NCBI GenBank assembly: GCA_013265495.1
Contig: MU058384.1
Location: 3,767,239 to 3,831,238 of the forward strand
Reading direction: 5' to 3'
DNA length: 64,000 bases
DNA from: Vicugna vicugna
Taxonomy: Eukaryota
A program made the position numbers and the translations under genes. Every line of letters begins with the position of its first letter. Position 1 is the stretch's first letter. This document shows, one piece after another, positions 59,742-64,000 of this stretch. The notes under the pieces are model-generated. The model saw only the letters and a program-made list of their open reading frames with translations. It was not told the DNA's origin and made no database searches.

Positions 59742-60139
59742 TTTCATTTTTTATTTTTTAAATTGGAGTATAGTCAGTTTACAGTGTTGTGTTAATTTCT
59801 GCTGTACAGCAGAGTGATTCAGTTATATATATTCCTTTTCATATTCTTTTTCATTATAGGCCATTACAAAGTATTGAATATAGTTCCCTGTGCTATTCAG
59901 TAGGACTTTATTATTTACCTATTTATAGTAGTTAGTATCTGCAAATCTCAAACTCCCAATTTATCCCTCCACTACCCCCCTCTCCTTTCCTCCCTGGTAA
60001 CCACAAGTTAATTTTTTATGTCTATGAGTCTGTTCCTGTTTTAGAAATCAGTTCATTTGTGTCATTTTTTAGATCCCACATATAAGTGATATCATATGGT
60101 GTTTTTTTCTTTCTTTCTGGCTTACTTCACTTAGTATGA
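59742..60139 (-). mobile_element. Young L1 3' end (~400 bp) with imperfect TSD
   Basis: attggagtatagtcagtttacag...ttttagatcccacatataagtgatatcatatgg...cttacttcacttagtatga; flanks caagaaaagaatagctttt / caaaaaagaataatctttt. Confidence 0.9.
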
Positions 60140-60339
60140 CAAAAAAGAATAATCTTTTGATGGTTTACATTCCTGAGGGAAACTAAAGCTTGAGCAGTGT
60201 CATTGAGGCTTAATTCTTCACTATACGCTAAGAGTATCCTTGTGGCAAAACTCCTCTCAGTCAAAAATAAACGGATACTGACTTTAAATGTTTTGTTTTA
60301 GCGCCTGGTTTTAAAAAAGGTTCCCATCAAATCTTCTAT

Positions 60340-61060
60340 TGCCTGATTGATTAGTTAAACAAATAATCACTGAGCATCTACTACAAGCCAGATAAGGCTA
60401 AGACTAGGGACAGAGCAATTAAAGATGAAATCTGGGTTCTCAGAGAGCTCAGAGTGCAGATTGGAATGCAGATTGGATAATTGAAAATTGCATGAGAGAG
60501 GGAGGGTAGATGGCCTTGGGAGCACATCAGACCAGAATCTAACCCAGCTTTGGAGGGTCAGCTGGATAGTTCAAGAGAGCTTCCTTGTTTTGAAGGATGA
60601 GGCAGAATTACCTAGGTAGAAAACCCACATGTGTAAAGGCACAAAGATCTAGGGAACCTCACTGAGAGTTTTTGGAAGAGATTGATGAGACAGAAGAGGC
60701 AGCAATAAGATCCTGAAGGGCATTGATGCCAGGCTCAGGAGTTTTGGACTTGATTCTGAAAGTAATGAGGAACCAATAAAGCAGAGGCGGTGGTATGAAC
60801 ATGGGAAAGCTCACTTTGAACTTTGGAACTTTGGGCTTTAGAAAGTTCACTGTCAACTAAATGGAGAATGAATTGTGGAACAGGGAAACAAGAGGGAGGG
60901 CAAGGAGGCCAGTTAAGATTCTGTAGAATTAGTACAGAAGCAAGGAGAGCCTGATCTCAGGCAAGAGCAGTGAGGATCAACCTGGTGGTATTTGGCATCA
61001 ATTTATTATGGAGAGTAAGGGAAAGGGAAGAATGGAGTCTAAGATGGCCAACAGATGTCT
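60340..61060 (-). mobile_element. L2 fragment
   Basis: aaacaaataatcactgagcatctactaca...aggagttttggacttgattctgaaagtaatgaggaacca...gcaaggaggccagttaag. Confidence 0.75.
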
Positions 61061-62084
61061 ACTGTATGTCTGGTTGAGTAAGCAAATTGATGTTCAGTGG
61101 TACTGACAGTATGTTGGGACACCTTTAGATACTGGTGTTTGGAAATAAACTAAGATGCGCCTTATAAGTTCTTATGCATAAAAGGATTTCCCTTTAGCAT
61201 TGGTAGTAGAAAGAACACAGAATCTGGAATCTGATGAGCTGGGTTTAAACCACTGCTCTGACATACTTTCACTGGAAGATATTTCTGATCATTTGTAAAT
61301 TGGAGCTAATCGTAGATCTTCCCTACTGTGACACAGGCTTATTATGACCATTAAATGAGGTAGGTTACTGAAAGTTGATTTGTTTTCTTTTAAATTATAG
61401 TGCATTATAATAATGTAAGGTGGTGGTAGTACTGAGTCCAGTGTGTAAGTTTCTGTTCCTCTGATAGGCCACACTAACAAAGATAAGCTACTTTGGTGAT
61501 GGTCCCTGCCCTGCCTCCTGCTGGCCAGGGTCCTGGCTGGTAGATTTCCAGCACACACATCATAGCCTGGTGGAAGTCTGGACCACAGGAACTGGGTGTG
61601 GAGACTTGGGCTCCTTCAGGTGGAATTTTTGGACTATGTTTACTGCCTGGTGGTGAATTGTTTCCTTACATATTTAAAATTTTTGGATTGTGAGCTCAAT
61701 TTCATTGGTGCATCACCAATGACTCCTACATAGCCTGTATTGAGGGAGTCTTCCTTTTAAATGTTTTTCTTTGTTTCTCTTGGCACTCCAGGGATTTCCT
61801 AGGCTCAAGACCAATTATGGGTATTAGGATAAGTGTAAATTTGAACTCCAGACAGCATGAGGATCAGCCGATAATTGAAAGTATTCAGAAGAGACTTGGT
61901 TTTGACCAGTTTGGTGTAAGACAAACAAACTTTTTATCTCCCAGTGTAGTAGGCTGACTTTTTTCTAATCCACCCTTTCACCAATTTATAGTCCTTCAAA
62001 GACCCTAGTTTTGTGTTCCACCATTTCACATTACATAGGCACACAGCCTCATATCCCCAATGGGCATTAAGACCAAAGTCCAAG

Positions 62085-62292
62085 ATAAGGAATTGGTGAA
62101 CTATAGCCCAGGGACCAAATCCTGCTCACCTCTTCTCTTGGTAGATAAAGTCTTATTGGAACACAGCCACGCCCATTTGCTTATAAATTGACTGGGCCTT
62201 TGACAATGGCAGAGTTGAGTCACTGCCACAGAAATCGTATGGCCCACAAATCTAAAAATATTCTTTATAGAAGGTGTTTGCCAGTCTCTGGC
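62085..62292. mobile_element. MER58-like DNA transposon
   Basis: ttggtgaactatagccca...ttattggaacacagccacgcccatttg...gcagagttgagt...tatggcccacaaa...gtttgccagtctctg. Confidence 0.85.
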
Positions 62293-62402
62293 CTAGATTA
62301 GTAAGACTGAAAGCTCTGCCCTCATCCCCACCCCTTGGGCTGCAGGACATGAGTTCTTGTGATTATCCCTTTTGTGTTCCTTTTCTCTTTATTTCTAGCT
62401 CC

Positions 62403-62429
62403 TTTTTTTTTTTTTTTTTTTTTTTTTTT
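62403..62429. repeat. Poly(T)27
   Basis: Read directly from the sequence. Confidence 0.95.
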
Positions 62430-62499
62430 CAAATTTTTGGCAGGAAAGTTTTCACATGCCTAGCCTACCATATTGCCCAAACCAGAAGTCCTTCTACTG

Positions 62500-63200
62500 T
62501 CTTTGGATAGTAATGTATTCTTCTTTTTTTGAATTTTCTTGACCCTTTAACTTGATCATGTAAAAATTTCTTTGTTTTCTAATGCAATTCTTTAAGGCCA
62601 TGAAGTTTTCATCTACATAATTCTATGTCTGTCGTATTTGATATGTTATGCTCTCTTTGTCATTCTTTTCAACTATTTTGTAATTCCCAGGATCATTTCC
62701 TTTTTAATCCATTGATCATTTTAAACTGCAATAGTCAGTTTTCAAATATATTTTTGACTATCTTATTTTTAGTATCTTGTGGTCAAAGATCATGGTCTTT
62801 ATAATATCTATTCCTTGATATTTGTTGAAATTTCCTTTGTGGCTTAATATGTGACCAATTATTACATATTTTTCATTTATGCAGGAAAGGAATTTATGTC
62901 TGGGTACAGGGTTCTCTCTGTGTATGTTATACCAAACTTGTTATTTGTGCCATTAGGGTCTCTATTTTGAATTTGTTGCTAGATAGATCAGTTTCTAAAA
63001 GAGTTCTGTTAAAACCTATTGTGGTTTATATTTGTCTGTCTGTCTTTGTAATTTTATCAGCTTTCTATATTTGAAGGCTATGTTGTTAGTGAGTGTAAAA
63101 ATTTATGATTGTTACCCTCCTTTGGGTTATTTACTGGCCTTAATGTTAAATTTCCTGGTTTATGAATGTTACAAATCAGGTTTTTTTAAATGGCTAACTC
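62500..63200 (-). mobile_element. Old L1M ORF2 endonuclease-region fragment
   Basis: tttgttgaaatttcctttgtggcttaatatgtg...cagctttctatatttgaaggctatgttgttag; same L1 region as 21000-21600. Confidence 0.7.
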
Positions 63201-64000
63201 AAACCCTTCTGTGAGTTAAATGTAGCCATGGGCTTACAGCTTTATACCCCAGCAAAATGTAGACAAAAGAATGAACTTGTTCTGATGTTCCCTTCTGCTG
63301 GTCTTAGTTTTACATTGGGTTTCTATAGAGACATGTCTTGATCATTTGATGACCCTGAATCCTGTAGTTCAAGTCCATGACAAAAGATATGCTTTTGTGT
63401 TTGTTGCCTCTGAGAAGGTCCCTCCCAAATGTCACTATACCCCTTTCATCTTGATCCAGTTTTCCATATTCGACTGGCATGCTTTGACAGTTTGGGGGTT
63501 TAAAGGTGTACATCAAAATGAAATTTTTTTTTACATCAAAAATGAAATTTTTCTTCCATTTTTCAAAGTGTTTTTTAATCTTGGGGAATTGGGAATTGGG
63601 GCTGAAGTACAAATAATCCTTGCTTTACTATTGTCAACTTGTAAGACCTCAAAATATTCTTCTTACCCAAAGGCTTTCGGTGGTTTTATTCTCCTGACAG
63701 AGTGTGAAATACTTTCATAGTACCAAAAGCAGAAAACCAAAAGTTTAATTAGATGTGATATATTGATAGACATTGATGCTAATCATACTCATCTCCAGAA
63801 TCAATGGAAAACAGGGTTCAGTGGGTCAAAGAAACTAAGTGGGCTTTTGGAGGAGCACTTTGGTGAATTTAAATACATAGTTCCCACTGTATTCATAACA
63901 GTTGTGAGAACATGAACAGACAATGCTTTAGGGTCAGTCTATTTTTTTGTTCTTGAAACTGTTTCTTAGAATTTAGTCTTATTGTTTCCCTGATAAAGCC

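Noticed and set aside
53022..64000. MAP3K5 kinase-domain exon 15 (YDYEYDENG...GKGTYG)
   Set aside because: Not found by reading. It most simply lies beyond the window end, so its absence is no evidence of truncation.
63560..64000. RPF2-like motifs on the minus strand (LFMF, GDEYD, RSYKL)
   Set aside because: Few identities, and the codons do not resemble the mammalian mRNA as I recall it; treated as coincidence.
1..64000. CRISPR array, operon, defence island or other prokaryote-style system; CpG-island promoter
   Set aside because: CpG-depleted mammalian intron/exon DNA throughout, with no regularly spaced repeat-spacer array and no long intact ORFs.

Overview
Mammalian genomic DNA, probably camelid judging from the young SINE and L1 families. 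The whole window lies inside one gene, MAP3K5 (ASK1), on the + strand. Twelve internal coding exons (3-14 by human numbering) run from 3849 to 53021. All have AG/GT boundaries and consistent phases, and they splice to 1428 nt = 476 codons with no stop, corresponding to human ASK1 E197-E672 as I recall that sequence. This covers the C-terminal part of the thioredoxin-binding domain, the TPR central regulatory region and the PH domain. Exons 1-2 and the kinase-domain exons lie outside the window. Introns are filled with MIR, L2, old L1M, MER21/ERV1/MaLR LTRs, MER58/MER5, three tRNA-derived SINEs, seven short young L1 3' tips and microsatellites. I cannot support a novel multi-gene system. The most notable observations are: (1) a ~190-bp, 91%-identical local inverted duplication in intron 7; (2) an exon 7-to-exon 4 back-splice junction that would create an overlapping TGATG stop/start and a full-circle 213-codon ORF; (3) an apparent Y355C change in the YAFALNR motif; (4) a TSD-flanked, apparently polyadenylated non-L1-terminal insertion nested in a MER21 LTR; (5) a triple STAT/kappaB motif cluster; and (6) an unassigned ~0.8-kb segment at the right end. 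Repeat family names and human residue numbers come from memory, not from a search.
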